Shown piece by piece: positions 13,204-27,440 of a stretch of 64,000 nucleotides of DNA. Source of the DNA: Octopus sinensis (Eukaryota); assembly GCF_006345805.1 (NCBI RefSeq), contig NC_043004.1, forward strand, positions 79,980,001 through 80,044,000. Direction: 5' to 3'. Position numbers and translations under genes: made by a program. Position 1 is the stretch's first letter; each line of letters starts with the position of its first letter. The notes under the pieces were generated by a model that had not been told where the DNA came from, ran no database searches, and worked only from the letters and a program-made list of their open reading frames with translations.

Positions 13204-13582
13204 TAACTGCATATTCACATGCATGCATACAAACATATACATTCGCACATACCTTTACAGATTCACACACTCACAAATACTGGTTACAACCATTCACAAG
13301 GAGTTCACACGCTTTTTGTACATACAGACCCACATAATCCATTCTCATGCATACAGGCTTTCTCTCTCTCTCTCTCTCTCTCACACACATACATACAGGT
13401 ACACACTCTCTCACACACACACACATCCCGTGTACACATACAGGTTTACACACCCACTCGCACACATTCTTATGCTCACATTTGCAGGTTAAAGCACACA
13501 CACACACACACTCTTTCTCTCTCTCTCTCTCTGCCTCTCTCTCTCTCTCTCCCTCACTCTCACACATGTGTTTGTGTGCTCC

Positions 13583-13985
13583 TCTTTTACTCTTTTACCT
13601 GTTTCAGTCATTTGATTGCGGCCATGCTGGAGCACCATCTTTAGTCGAGCAAATTGACCCCAGTACTTATTCTTTGTAAGCCTAGTACTTATTCTATCGG
13701 TCTATTTTGCCGAACCACTAAGTTACGGGGACATAAGCACACCACTATCGGTTGTCAAGAAATGTTAGGGGGACATACACAGACACACAAACACGCACAC
13801 ACATATATATATACATGTATACGATGGGCTTCTTTCAGTTTCTGTCTACCAAATCCACTCACAAGGCTTTGGTTGGCCTGAGGCTATAATAGAAGACACT
13901 TGCCCAAGGTGCCACGCAGTGGGACTGAACCCGGAACAATGTGTTACGTAAGCAAGCAACTTACCACACAGCCACTCCTACACCT
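13583..13985 (-). mobile_element. SINE family A, full-length copy
   Basis: Same consensus; other copies at about 7766-8170, 10655-11083, 23658-24042, 37378-37789, 45824-46222 (all minus) and 41918-42085 (+, 5' half). Confidence 0.8.
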
Positions 13986-14356
13986 ACACATATTAGTTTA
14001 AGTTCCTTGGCTGTGGCCATGCTGGGGCACCTTCATCTCTGATAGTCACATGATAAAGATATTAAAATACTCATTCCATCTGTATTTCCTGAAATTGTTA
14101 TTGTTTAGCACCAGGTCAGCACTGATCAAGGTGACCTTTAATCAGAAGTAGTCCAGCCATGACCATGCCATCTCTTTTTGTTTTTCTTGCCCAGTATAAC
14201 TTGGGCTACATGTTCTAATTCACCATGTCCTTTTCTTTAAGAAAGGATCTGATGTGAGATATATTTGGCTGCTATTTCCAGCAAGTCAAGCAGTTACTCC
14301 CTCATTGATTGAAGTGTTAATTATGTCTAGCTTGAACAGTTTTGTCTCAATCAATC

Positions 14357-14407
<51 letters not shown>

Positions 14408-15179
14408 TATGTGTGTGTTTGTGTGTGAGGATAAAGAGTTCCCTAGATGAAGCTTCACATTTCTTTAGACTTTAGTTCTTCAAGACTGTGAAATGGGAAT
14501 TAAAATTCCTCGTAAACACCATTATTTCTATGATTTATTTTCTCTAGCTGTACCTAATAAATTTTCAGCTATTCATTAATTGTTTACAGTCAAATTTAAT
14601 TAACCATTTTTCAAACTTAACAATAAACTATTGAAATATCTCTTACAAGAAATTCAGACCAGTTCCATGTTTTCTTGGAATATTTGTTTGTTTCTTTTAT
14701 ACAGTGAATGTCATTTATAATAGCATCAAATTCATTATGAAGAAAATCTTGGAGTCTATTTTCCAAATCATTTAACCTCTTTGATACCAATCTGTTTGAG
14801 ATCATCTTTAGTTCTGTGTTATAAACTTCCTGTTTTAAATTGATTGAAATAAAAACCTTCCATCAAAATAGCATGTTAATTTATTTTTCCAGGTATTGGT
14901 TTAATAATAATAATAATAATGTTATGTTACCGAATTCTTCGTTATTATCAAAATTAATCAAAAGAAATACAACATATTTCAACAGACATATCGTAACATA
15001 AGGGTTAAATTGATATAAATTAAAACCTTGTATCAAAATTTCATGTTAATTTGTTCTAAACACCAACTTAATTATGACAAAGTTACTTTTACTAAATTCG
15101 ATATTTTCAAAAATATTTGAAAGAAAGGCAGCATATTTCAACAGAAATATGGTACCAAAATAGTAATGGTGTATATACA

Positions 15180-15760
15180 TCATCATTATCAGCATCATCG
15201 TTTAACATCCATTTTCCATGCTGGCATGGGTTGGACGGTTTGACTGAAGACTGGCAAGCCATGAGGCAGCACCAGGCTCCAATCTGATCTGGCAAGGTTT
15301 CTACAGCTGGATGCCCTTCCTAATGCCAGCCACTCTTAGAATGTAGTGGGTGCTTTTTACGTGCCACCGGCACGATGGGAGCCAGTTAGGTGGCCACGTT
15401 CAGATGGTGTTTTTTATGTGTAACCAGCACAAGAGCTAGTCAGGGCGGGCGGAGGTGGGGGGCTGACATGGACTGCGTTTGGATGATACTTTTTATGTGC
15501 AACCGGCACGGGGAGCCAGTCAGGCGGCACTGGCAATGACCCACGCTTGAATGATGCTTATTGCATGCCACCAGCATGAGAGCCAATCAGGTGGCACCGG
15601 CAATGACGCATGCATGAATGGTGCTTATTGTGTGCTGCCAGCACGAGAGCCAGTCAGACGGCACTGGCATCAGCCACAACCACAATTTCCATTGTGATTT
15701 GATTTTTGATTTTACTTGACTCAATAGGTCTCCGCAAGCACAGTGTAGCTTTAGATATCT
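15180..15760 (-). mobile_element. RTE 3' UTR fragment with about 5 internal tandem units
   Basis: Same UTR as 7020-7500; repeated gccagtcaggcggcactggc units. Confidence 0.75.
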
Positions 15761-17698
15761 GTAAGTCAGTAAGTTGAGCCTGTATATATACACCTTTTTA
15801 TATGTACATCATTCACAGTTTATATAATATCTCTAAAATATTTACTGGCAATTGATCAGCGAAAGGAACGCCAAGACAAAATGCTTTGTAGTAGTTCATC
15901 ATCAGCATCATCATCATCATAACCACCACCACCCTCATCATCATCATCATCATCATCCATTTTCTATATTGGCATGGGTTAGACAGTTTTACTGGAACTG
16001 GTAAACTGGAGAGTTGTACCAGGTTCCAGTCTGGTATCGACTTGGTTTCCACAGCTGGATACCCTTTCTAATGCCACCCACTCCACAGTGTGTGGAGGGT
16101 GCCTTTTATATGTCACCATCACTCTCTGCGACTACGATTTCACTTGACCTGATGAGTCTTCCCAAGCACAGTAAATCACCAAAAGTCATGATCATTTGAT
16201 ATCGCTTCCGCTGGTTTTTGCCACAATTAGGAATTGGCACTTCTTTATGTTGCTGTCCTCGTCCATATGCAACTGTCCACATCCACAGTTAGTTACAATT
16301 ATATATGGCTACAAGTATGTGCCATGGAAAAGGTCCCATAAGGTTTGAAATGCACTGGGATGAACTTTCCTCTCCCTCTGATATTTATTTTGTTTTTAAC
16401 ACAGAAAGTCGATTAGAGATGTTATCTCAGGAAAAATACTGCGGAAACTGGCCTATCAACAAGTATTACTACATAGATGGCTATTTTAATCTTTTCACAT
16501 TTCAGCTAATTGTACCTGGCTCAAATACTCTACCCTTCTTATGTTGAAACTGGCCAGATCCATCCTCTCACACCTAGCCTACAATGTCTTTCTGAATGTA
16601 AAGTTACATCATTGAAATTTCAGAGTTATGAGATAATGCATGATTAATTCAAAACAATGAGGGATAAATAAGGATTACATTTGGCAGGATAATCTGAATC
16701 CTGAAGGATTAAAAGCAGAGTATTTCAACAAAAATATGATAATGAAACGATTAAAGCACTGAATTATTGATTAAGATTGTATTTACCTAACACAATGGAT
16801 ATCTGAGGCAGATATTTGTATTTTCATAGGTTAATTATTTTTATATAATGTAAATTTTGAATTTTGCACTGAGGCAAGTGAAATCAAAATCAATTCGATG
16901 ACTGGTATCTGTGCTAGCGGGGTGCAAAGAGCACCATACAAGTGTGATCGTTGACAGAGCGGCTAACCGGCTTCCGTGCCAGTGGCACATAAAAGGGTAC
17001 CATTCGAGTATGATTGTTACCAGCGTCGCCTTACTGGCACTTGTACATGTGCTAGTAGGGTGCCAAGAGCACCATCCGAGCATGATCGTTGCCAGAGCAG
17101 CCAACTGGTTTCCGTACCCGTGGCACATAAAAGGGCACCATTCAAGTGTCATCATTACCAACGTCGCTTCACTGGAGATATATATATATCTCATGAAGTA
17201 TATTTGCCACTTAAATGTGGCTAACCCCTAAGGCTGGATGCTACTGTACCTTGTAGCCCCAGGGGGACACCTCCTCCAGCTGGCTATTGACACATTTTCT
17301 GTGCCCTATCAGTATTTGCAAAGGGAAGCCATCCTTCCCGTCTTCAACCTATGATACACATGGACTTGAGTTTCTGGGTATTGACCCATCATCAGCGTGT
17401 GACAATCACAGTTGTCGATGAAAAGTAGGCCTCTTTGGCAAATATATATCCTTTTTCCAGTGACGCAGCCGCACATCTTCACATTAGGCAGACAAAAATT
17501 AGAACCAAATATTTATAAGGATTTTTATAGAATTTAATGTTTCTTTTTTTACTTGTTTTATATGTCTTTTAATGATGATTTTTTTTTTGCTGCTGGGTTG
17601 TGGTTATGCTAGGGTATATTTTTCCCTTTTTCTTCTTCAAAAACCATCTTGTTAACCAATCAACATCAACTAATATTTTGATATTTCTATTTTTGCAG

Positions 17699-17845
17699 GA
17701 GATATGGGTTGACGGCAAAAGACAAATTCGTCACATGCACACTTCTTCCGTTTCCGGGGTGGAAGACATGATTGGATTGGGAGATTTGAACGAGGCTGGT
17801 ATACTGAGAAATCTGTTCATACGATACATGGACGATTTAATCTAT
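17699..17845 (+). CDS. MYO7A: Myosin VIIa exon (first seen): [49 protein letters not shown]
   Basis: ttttgcAG acceptor, GTaagt donor, 147 nt, phase 0/0. Confidence 0.93.
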
Positions 17846-18235
17846 GTAAGTACTAACACTTCTGTTCTTCATAGTCTCATGTTTTGGGACTATTGGCTCT
17901 TGTTGTTCATCATCACCATGCTCATTATCAGTATCATCATTACGTCATATTTCTTCCAAATCTTTATGTTCTGAGTTCAAATCTCACCACGGTCAATTTC
18001 CAGGGTCGATAAAATACCAGCCAAGTACTGGGATCAATGGAATCAATTAACCATCTTTTGTCCAGCTTTACATTCTGAGTTCAAATTCCACCAAGCCTGA
18101 CTTAGCCTTTCATCCTTTCAGGGTCGATAAAATAAATACCAGTTGCGCATTAGGGTCAAATTAATCAATTTACCGCTGACCCAGAAAATGCCGGCCTTGC
18201 ACCAAAATTTGAAACCATTATCATTATCAGCATCA

Positions 18236-18267
<32 letters not shown>

Positions 18268-18714
18268 GAAGGCAGCAAGCTGGCTGAATCATTAACATGC
18301 TGGGCCAAATACCCAACTGCATTTTGTCTGTCTCCACTTTCTGAGTTCAAATTCCATTGAGGTCGGCTTTACCTTTCTACCTTTCAGGGTCAATAAAATA
18401 AGTACCAGCTATACATTGGGGTTGATGTAATTGACTCTCTTATTATTGTTATTATTATAAAAAATGTGGCAAGCTGGCAGAATCATTAGTACACCAGGCA
18501 GAATGCTTAGCAGCATTTTATCTGTCTTTATGGCCTGGGTTCAAACCCTACCGGGGGTCGACTTTGCCTTTCATTCTTTTGGGGTCAATGAATTAAGTAT
18601 CAATGAAACACTGGGGTCAATGTAATCAACTAGTCCCCACCCCCACTAAATTTGTGCCTATAGTAGAAAGGATTTTTTTTATTATTATCATTATTAATAT
18701 TATTATTATTATTG

Positions 18715-19045
18715 TGAAGGCACATGGCTCAGTGGTTAGAGCGTCGAGCTTACGATTGTGAGGTAGTGAGTTCGATTCCCGGACTGGGCTGTGTGTTGTG
18801 TTCTTGAGCAAGACACTTTATTTCATATTGCTCCAGTTGACTCAGCTGTAAAAACGAGTTGCAACGTCACTGGTGCCAAGCTGTATCAGCCCCTTTGCCT
18901 TTCCCTTGGATAACACTGGTGGCATGGAGAAAAGAGGCCGGTATGCATGGGCGACTGCTGGCCTTCCACAAACGGACTTGTGCCTGGGAGGTTAACTTTC
19001 TAGGTGCAATCCCATGGTCATTCATGACCGAAGGAGGTCTCCTCA
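18715..19045 (+). mobile_element. tRNA-derived SINE with V/Meta-like central domain
   Basis: TGGCTCAGTGG and GAGTTCGATTCC boxes, then GTTCTTGAGCAAGACACTT. Confidence 0.7.
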
Positions 19046-19329
19046 TTATTATTATTATTAAAAAGTTCCTAGTTATTAATTATAATTGTGTGTTTATGTA
19101 TTGGGTTGTATATGTGTTGTGTTGTGCTGTGTGTGTATATGTTATTGTCGTATATACTGTGTTGTATATCTGTTTGTGTAGTGAATGTGTGTGTGTGTAT
19201 TAGTTGTGTTTCTGTGCTGTGAGTGAATGCTTACATAAATATTCTATGGAAGCACATTTTGCTGAAAAAAACATTCATCCTACAATAGCATTGAAGTTCC
19301 ATATAAAAGATATTTTCTTATATTTACAG

Positions 19330-19514
19330 ACCTACACTGGATCAATTCTTGTTGCTGTGAATCCCTACCAGGTGCTCTCTATTTACACACCTGAAATCAT
19401 TCAGATGTACAGGGACAAAAAAATAGGGGAACTCAGTCCTCACATATTTGCTATTGCTGACAACTCTTATTTCAGTATGAAAAGATACCAACAAGACCAG
19501 TGTGTAATTATCAG
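19330..19514 (+). CDS. MYO7A: Myosin VIIa exon: [14 protein letters not shown]...DQCVIIS
   Basis: tttacAG / GTaacg, 185 nt, conserved myosin motor motif. Confidence 0.95.
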
Positions 19515-20165
19515 GTAACGAACACATTATTATAGTAATTAGCGTGTAAGGTGTTGTTGTAATTAGTGGGTGAAGTGCTACTGTAATTATCTCATCATCG
19601 CTACATCCACCCTCCACCACCATTATGATTGTCACCACCATCACCACCACCCTACACCACTACCATCACCATGCTACCACCACTATCACCGTCACAACTG
19701 CCACGACCTCTACCACTACTGTCATCATCACTACTACTATTACTACTACCACCACCACTTTCACCTCTCTCTCTTTCTCCCTCTCTCTTCACCCCAGTCA
19801 CTCCCACCCTCTCTTCTATAAAGTAAATAGCCATGTAGCCCCTCCACAAGAAGAAACTTGTTCTGTTTTGGCTCCCATCTCTCATACTTTAACCCCCTCA
19901 TCTCCTAACATAAATCCATCTCCCTTTCTGCTGTGGTCCTACTCAGTCACAGAGGGTCTCCAGTCTTACAAGTTGCAGGGTGAATTCATTAGTGCTGATG
20001 CCATGAAAACGATAACCACCAGAACATGTAAGGAGGTTGGCATTTGGAAGAGCAGTGAGCAGTAGAAACTGTGCTGAAGCAGACATTGGGGCACAATACA
20101 CGCCTCTCACCCATTGCACTCTGTAAAACTGTCCAACTAGTACCAGCATGGAACATGAACATTAA

Positions 20166-20386
20166 CCCTTTCATTACCAACCTGGCTGAAACCACCTCTG
20201 GCTCTCTAGTACAAATGTCTTGTTTTCATAAGTTTTGAATTAAAATCTTCCACTAAACCTTAGTCGCAATTTATGTTCCTATCACTAGCTGAATGATAAC
20301 TAAGTTATTTTACTAAATTCTTTGTTATATTTAAAGTAATTGAAAGAAACACAGAACATCTCAAAATAAAGACAGTATCGAAGGGG
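20166..20386. mobile_element. piggyBac-type MITE family 1
   Basis: TTAA|CCCTTTC...GAAGGGG|TTAA. Confidence 0.8.
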
Positions 20387-20407
20387 TTAAATGATGGTTA
20401 TGAATAA

Positions 20408-20665
<258 letters not shown>

Positions 20666-20791
20666 TAGTTTTTTCTGTTTCAAACTTTTTTTTTTTGTTA
20701 TTTTATGAAATCCTTCTATATTGAATGAAATCTGCAGCTGCTGATAGACATACAAACATCCCTCCATCAATCAATCAATCAATTATTTAAC

Positions 20792-21071
20792 TGCTTAGTT
20801 GATGTCAACGTAAAACTAAAAATCAGCAGCAAAGAAAACACCATTGCTGAACTATTGAAGAATTTACAGCTGCTCTACCTGGATTACAAATTTAGGTTTA
20901 TACCTGTAAATATTGGAGCACTAGAATATCAAACAAACTACCTTAGCACACAAATCTTGAGAAATGAGTGTTTTCTAAAGCAGAAAGGAAAACGCTAATT
21001 AGAAGACTACAGACACAACCATCAAGAGAATTGTCAAAATACGCAAAACTTTCCAAAAATTTAACATATAA
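20792..21071 (+). mobile_element. R4/Dong-like (restriction-like endonuclease) non-LTR 3' fragment
   Basis: VDVNVKLKISSKEN..LQLLY..FRFIPVNIGAL..IVKIRKTFQKFNI*, with frameshifts. Confidence 0.6.
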
Positions 21072-23073
21072 GTACATGTGCAATTGTCTAGACATGCAGC
21101 AGCCGTATGTATGAGCCTGTATAAAACAAAATATATTGACCCACACATGTATTGACTCCAAATACTTGAACCTATACATACATGTACGAATATCTGATTG
21201 ATGTTGTTGAAATTCCAATGAAGGAACCTTGGATCTAGGCTAGAAACCAGCTCTTTCTCTATTGACAAGAAATCTTGAAATAAGATTGAATAATAACAAA
21301 CATACATGGTGGAAATCATTTCAAGACCACTTCTTAAACTCAGTAAATCCATGCAAATGTTCCAAGAGTCCAAGAAATATCTGTTTCAAATGGAAAAGGT
21401 GTTGCACAGCATTGGATACATTTTTCAATGGAATCAGCTATAAAAACCAGTGGCACAACAGAGGCTGAGACGACCAGAAACCAATATTCACTTCAAGATT
21501 TTCTACAAGGGATTCCCTTCTCCTAGAAGGAATTTATCACAAGAAGTAGGGGTCATTCACTCCCAGTGTTAGTTAACCCATAGCTGGGACCCTAATGGGT
21601 GTTACTGTTTTGGGTCAGAAGAGACTTGGAAACAATAATGGATAAATGGTGGTTCCACATTCTTCAAAACTCTTGAATTCCCATAACAGGGCCCCACTAC
21701 CAGATGCAGTTTTAAAGTCATACACAGGGCATATATATACATAAGTGCATACATACATACATATGTACATATATACATACGGATGTATGTACATACATAC
21801 ATACATACATACATACGTATGTACATATGTACATACATACGTAAAACAGCACCCAGTTTTGGAAGCTATTTTGTTAAAAACCCATTGTTTCAATGTTCAG
21901 GTTTTTCAGACCAGTTATCAAGTTACCATGACATCAGACAATGATAAATAAATAAAATAAAATAAATAAATAGTTTTTGATAAATTACAGAACTTGTTAT
22001 TTGTGTAATCTCAGTTGTTGCCATTGACAAGAAAAGGTAAGGATTCTATGAGAACGACAGTGGTATGGCTGCAGTGATGTTGGTCAGATCAAAAGTGGGA
22101 GAAAACATGCTTAGACTTGGATATGTCATGGAGATATAATTATTATTAATTGCAAATAAAGAGAAGTTGTATTGCAACATAACAGATACTTAGTGTAGAA
22201 AAATATTAAGCTAACAGAATAATATTTTCGAAAGATGATTGATTGATCTCGTGTGAGAGAATTGCTTGTTCTTTCATGCGTGAAAGGTTAGTCAAAAGGT
22301 TAGACTGAACAAAAATATCTTTCCATTTTCACAGTTTGGAAAAGTTAAACAAAATAATGAAAATACTTGTATATAATCTGTGTGTTTGTTTTTCTAACAT
22401 ATAGGTTAGAGGGACAGGTTGCTTGCTGTACAGTTAGGAAAAGCAAAAGGGGTAAACAGTTCTAATAAGGTCTCTTAGTCTTCCTATAAAAAGATTCCTC
22501 TTTGTATGACAATGGCTCCCAACCTTTTATTTAAATGAGTTTTCTCACAGACCCCTTTTAATAAGCTTATATATTCCACATATATATATAAGTCCACTCT
22601 GATGGGTAGTTGGTGTTAGGAAGGGCATCCAGCTGAAGAAATCCTGCCATAACAGTCACAGAAGTCTGATGCAGGCTTTGGCCTGGCCGGCTCTTGTGGT
22701 ACCATCTGACCCATGCCAGCATGGAACACAGAAGTTAAATGATGATGATGATGTTCAATTAGAGATTAAATAGCCTTGTTAAGGGATAGTAATATCCAAT
22801 GAAATATTGATTCATTGCTTAGTATTTTTTGTGGATAATAATATTCATAAAATATTACGCCTAAATATAAATCTTGATTTATAAATATTCAAAAAAGAAA
22901 ATTTAGGAAATGAAGATATAGCATTAATATAATTTATTATCTACAAAAATCCAATATATTCTCTTACAGCTGTTTCAATTTAGCCTAAAGATTAAATTAC
23001 AATAATTAAATCATTATATTAAGCAAAATCTCATCAGAAGGGTTGAAAAGATACACTGTTGGGTTATTAGGTG

Positions 23074-23117
<44 letters not shown>

Positions 23118-23345
23118 TGAAATTTTGAATTTAGTTCATGAACCCCCAGTTCTGCCTTTGTGGACCCAAAGAACCACAGGCTGGGAACCACTGTTCTGTG
23201 ATGTCTGCATAGCTTCTTGAAAAACTGATTCTAAAATATTAGAGGAATTAAACATTCTTCTTGGTTCTATTGTCTGCAAAATTTTAATTTGATTCTTTTC
23301 AAAATATTTGTAATTATTTTGTTTTTTATTTTCTAATTTCTTCAG

Positions 23346-23488
23346 CATTTGGCAATGCCAAAACAATCCGCAATGATAATTCTAGCCGTTTTGGGAAATA
23401 TATTGATATTCACTTCAATAGCACTGGATCAATTGAAGGTGCCAGGATTGACCAATATCTTTTAGAGAAGTCAAGAATTGTGAATCAG
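23346..23488 (+). CDS. MYO7A: Myosin VIIa exon with switch I: [19 protein letters not shown]...EKSRIVNQ
   Basis: ttcAG / GTgaga, 143 nt; not in the ORF track (no start codon). Confidence 0.95.
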
Positions 23489-24944
23489 GTGAGATCCAGT
23501 TCCTAAACACACCTCTTAATGTATCCTTTGATACTTTTGTAATATATTTCTTTATCTCTTGCCAGGATGTGGTGGTCTTCATTCATTATCCATATTTATG
23601 ACTACAACAATTTAACAAAAATATTTTTATAGATAAATGATACCTTGTGATAAATATCTTTTAGCTTTTACTTGTTTCAGTTATTAGACTGTGGCCATGC
23701 TGGGGCACTGCCTTGAAGAACTTTTAGTCAAACGAATCAACCCCAGTACTTATTTTCTCTAAGTTTGGTACTTATTGTATCAGCTTCTTTTGCTGAACTG
23801 CTAAGTTAAGGGGACATAAACACACCAACACCAGTTGTAAAGCAATGGTGGGATACATACACACATGCCCATATCTATATGATGGGCTTCCTTCAGTTTC
23901 CATCTACCAAATCCACTCATAAGGTTTTGGTCGGCTTGAGGCTATAGTAGAAGACACTTTCCCAAGGTGCCATGCAGTGGGACTGAACCCAGAACCTGTA
24001 GTTGGTAAACAAGCTTCTTACCACACAGCCATGCCTGCACCTTTAAGTGGCCTTTTAGAAATTATTTTTAAACTAGTGTTCCCCATCAAATGATGGGTAA
24101 TTCTAGAAGTACAGTTTTACCACCATAGGAAATAGGGTATACATATGGCATATATACATGGGCTTCTTTCAGTTTCCATCTGCCCAGTCTACTGACAAAG
24201 TTTGATCAACTCTGGACCGTAGTAGAAGAAACTTGCCCAAGGCTCCTTGTAGGATTGAACTTGAAACCATGCAGTTGGTTTCTTAAGCACACAGTAGGCT
24301 GATTAATGATGAAGCTATGTTGTAAGAATACTTTTAATGTTTTTTTAATGATAAAAATATCAGTTAGAGAATAATGATTGATTTTGATTGACCAATATTC
24401 AACCAAATGACATTTGATCAATAGATTAATGAATCAATAATTATAATTTATAACAGAGTGTTGATTGATCTCTATCAATCACCACTGAATAATTGGTTAC
24501 AGACAGATCTGTAACCATGCCAAGAGAACAGTGACCAACATTTAGAAATGCTGATAGAATGGGAACCATTATTAGCAGCACTAAGAGAACGGTACTCATA
24601 TTGTTGCCATGACTACTGATTAGCAACGGTATTATTATATATAAAGACAGCGAACTGGCAGAAGCGTTAGCACACTGGGCGAAATGCGTAGCCGTATTTC
24701 GTCTGCCATTACGTTCTAAGTTCAAATTCCACCGAGGTTGACTTTGCCTTTCATCCTTTCGGGGTCGATAAATTAAGTACCAGTTATGCACTGGGGTCGA
24801 TGTAATTGACTAGTCCCCTCCCTCCAAAATTTGAGGCCTTGTGCCTCCAGTTGAAAGGATATACAACACAGTCGCGATCATGCTGTAACTATAATCTTAC
24901 TGTGACGGTGATTATCTTACAGCACAGGATTATCCTGTGCTGAC

Positions 24945-25125
24945 ACAAACAGATTAATAACCATACTGCAGTAACACAAACAGATCAACAGCAACGACCA
25001 TACTGTAGCATTACCAACAGATCAGTAATAACAACTGTATTGTAGAAATGTCAATAGATCAATAACAATGGTCATACTGGAGCAACATCAACAGACCAGC
25101 AACTGTACTGTAGCAATACCAAATC
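24945..25125. repeat. Degenerate 31-37 bp minisatellite, about 5 units
   Basis: Recurrent caaacagatcaa..ccatactgtagca. Confidence 0.65.
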
Positions 25126-25339
25126 GAGTTTCAAAGCTCAAAAGATAGGAGAGTCATGACTGGAATACATTTTCATTATAAATCTGATCAGGTCCCACCT
25201 GAAGTTAAACAACAACAGCAACAATCAATGATTGTCATTTTATGAAGAAACCCAAAGTCGTTAATAAAGAACACCAATTAGGATTCAGTTGATGCACCGA
25301 CTCTTGCTCATCCTCTTCCTTTTCCTCCTTTCATTCCAG

Positions 25340-25453
25340 GCCCCTGATGAAAGGAATTATCACATATTTTACTGCATGCTAGCTGGAATGAGTTCTGCTG
25401 AGAAAGCTCAGTTTGAGCTGACCGATGCTAAAAACTATTACTACTTGACTCAG
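25340..25453 (+). CDS. MYO7A: Myosin VIIa exon: [16 protein letters not shown]...YYYLTQ
   Basis: attccAG / GTaaat, 114 nt. Confidence 0.95.
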
Positions 25454-25730
25454 GTAAATCACACTTTTCTGACTGCTTCTTGTACATGCTCAATATATAC
25501 TCTCTCTTGTTCTCTCTCCCCCTCTTACACACACACACACACACACACACATCATTTCTGCCTGCTTTGTCTATACCCCTCCATTGTATAAACCATCATC
25601 ACTATACATCCCGTCTCTCTGTTGTACATCATCATAATACACTTCAATTTCTCTCTCTCTCTCTCTCTCTCTCTCTGCTTTACCTTCTGATTCTTTACCT
25701 CATTATGTCTACCTAATTATCTCTCTCAAT

Positions 25731-25792
<62 letters not shown>

Positions 25793-25905
25793 AAATTTTT
25801 AATCATCTGTTTCCTTTTCCTATTTTAGCCTGTCTTTCCGTCTCTTTACTTGTTTGTCTTCATGTTTGTTTATCTATTCATCCAATCATCTTTCCATAAC
25901 ATTCT

Positions 25906-25950
<45 letters not shown>

Positions 25951-26012
25951 AGAAAGAGATTCTAATCTCTCATGCTAATCTGAGATTTATTTGCCAATCT
26001 TTCTCCCCTCAG

Positions 26013-26166
26013 GGTAAATCACTGGTGTGTGAAGGGCGTGATGATGCAAAAGAATATGCCAACATTCGTTCAGCCATGAAAGTTCTTATGTTCAAAGATA
26101 ATGAAGTGGTTGAAATTCTGAAAATCTTGGCTTCTTTGCTTCATCTTGGCAATATTCGTTACAATG
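26013..26166 (+). CDS. MYO7A: Myosin VIIa exon: [25 protein letters not shown]...LHLGNIRYN
   Basis: cccctcAG / GTaagt, 154 nt. Confidence 0.95.
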
Positions 26167-27250
26167 GTAAGTATTGACTTCTTTTCTGTGAACTCAACAG
26201 GAATATATAGCATCACTTCATGTTATACACTTTCTTTGATAAATGTGCTGGTCGCAGTCCTTGTTACTTGTATTTAAAATGTGACCCCTTGTCATGAGGC
26301 ACCCTACATTTGGTAAGATTGGGTAAAATTGTTTATAATCAACAGGATAGCCCGAAGTACATAACTGGTACTTATTTCAGAGGAAAGGTGCCCTTCCTGT
26401 CACAAACCCTTATTTGTTTCTAAATGAAGTCATTTTCCCCCATGACCAGACACTGCTTGTAGGACAGTGACACTCATTTACAGCTACTGCACAATGTCAA
26501 GACAAAGAGATACACAACACACACATCATCATCATTATTATTTTGACATCCATTTTCCGTGTTGGCATAGGCTGGATGATTCCATAAGAATTGGCAAGTC
26601 AAAAGATTGCATCATTCCCTATTTTCTGCTTTGGGGTGATTTCTATAGCTGGATGCTCTTCCTAATGCCATATATTTATTTCTTTATTACCCACAGGGTA
26701 CTAAACATAGAGGGACAGACAAACGGATTAAGTCAATTACATCGACCTCAGTGCGTAACTGGTACTTATTTAATCGATACCAAAATAATGAAAGGCAAAG
26801 TCAACCTCAGCAGAATTTGAACTCAGAACATAACGGCAGACAAAATACCGCTAAGCATTTCACCTGGCGTGCTAACGATTCTGCCACCTTGCCGCATATA
26901 TATTGCTAGCATGGAAAATGGTCATTAAATGAAAATGTTCATGTCCATCTTCTAAGTTGGCATGGCATGGATGGCTTGAGATGAGCTGGCAAGGTTAGGA
27001 GATGAACCAGGTTCTATTGTTTGTTTTGGCATGGTTTCTACAGCTTGATGCCATTCCTAATGCTGCCAGCCACTTTTTATGTGGCACCAGCACCAGTGCT
27101 TTTTGAGGCTTCTTTCAGTTTCCATCTACCAAATCTACTTCTGTTCTTCTGTTTTGTATAGTAGCTAACATATCTTTAAATTTTTTTAACTCTCATATAT
27201 TCATGTATATATACTTTCATCTTTTTCTCGTCTCTTTCTTCATCGTCCAG

Positions 27251-27327
27251 CAATTCAAGTGAACAATATTGATGCCAGTGAAATCTTGGACATTGCCCAT
27301 GTCAAAAAAGCTGCTCAAATGCTTGGA
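27251..27327 (+). CDS. MYO7A: Myosin VIIa exon: IQVNNIDASEILDIAHVKKAAQMLG
   Basis: gtccAG / GTaagt, 77 nt, phases fit neighbours. Confidence 0.9.
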
Positions 27328-27387
27328 GTAAGTTTATATTTGATTATGTTTTCTTCACCAAAACATCATCTAAATCTTGTCTCTCTT

Positions 27388-27440
<53 letters not shown>

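Noticed and set aside
14617-14805. Helical-looking 62-aa minus-strand ORF
   Set aside because: Overlaps degenerate MITE sequence; no recognisable motif or splice context.
15370-15700. Repeat-spacer-like array reminiscent of CRISPR
   Set aside because: Units are diverged tandem repeats within an RTE 3' UTR, there are no unique spacers or cas genes, and the DNA is eukaryotic.
19570-20065. His/Thr-rich ORFs
   Set aside because: Degenerate (CAC/CAT/TAC)n trinucleotide repeats inside a myosin intron.
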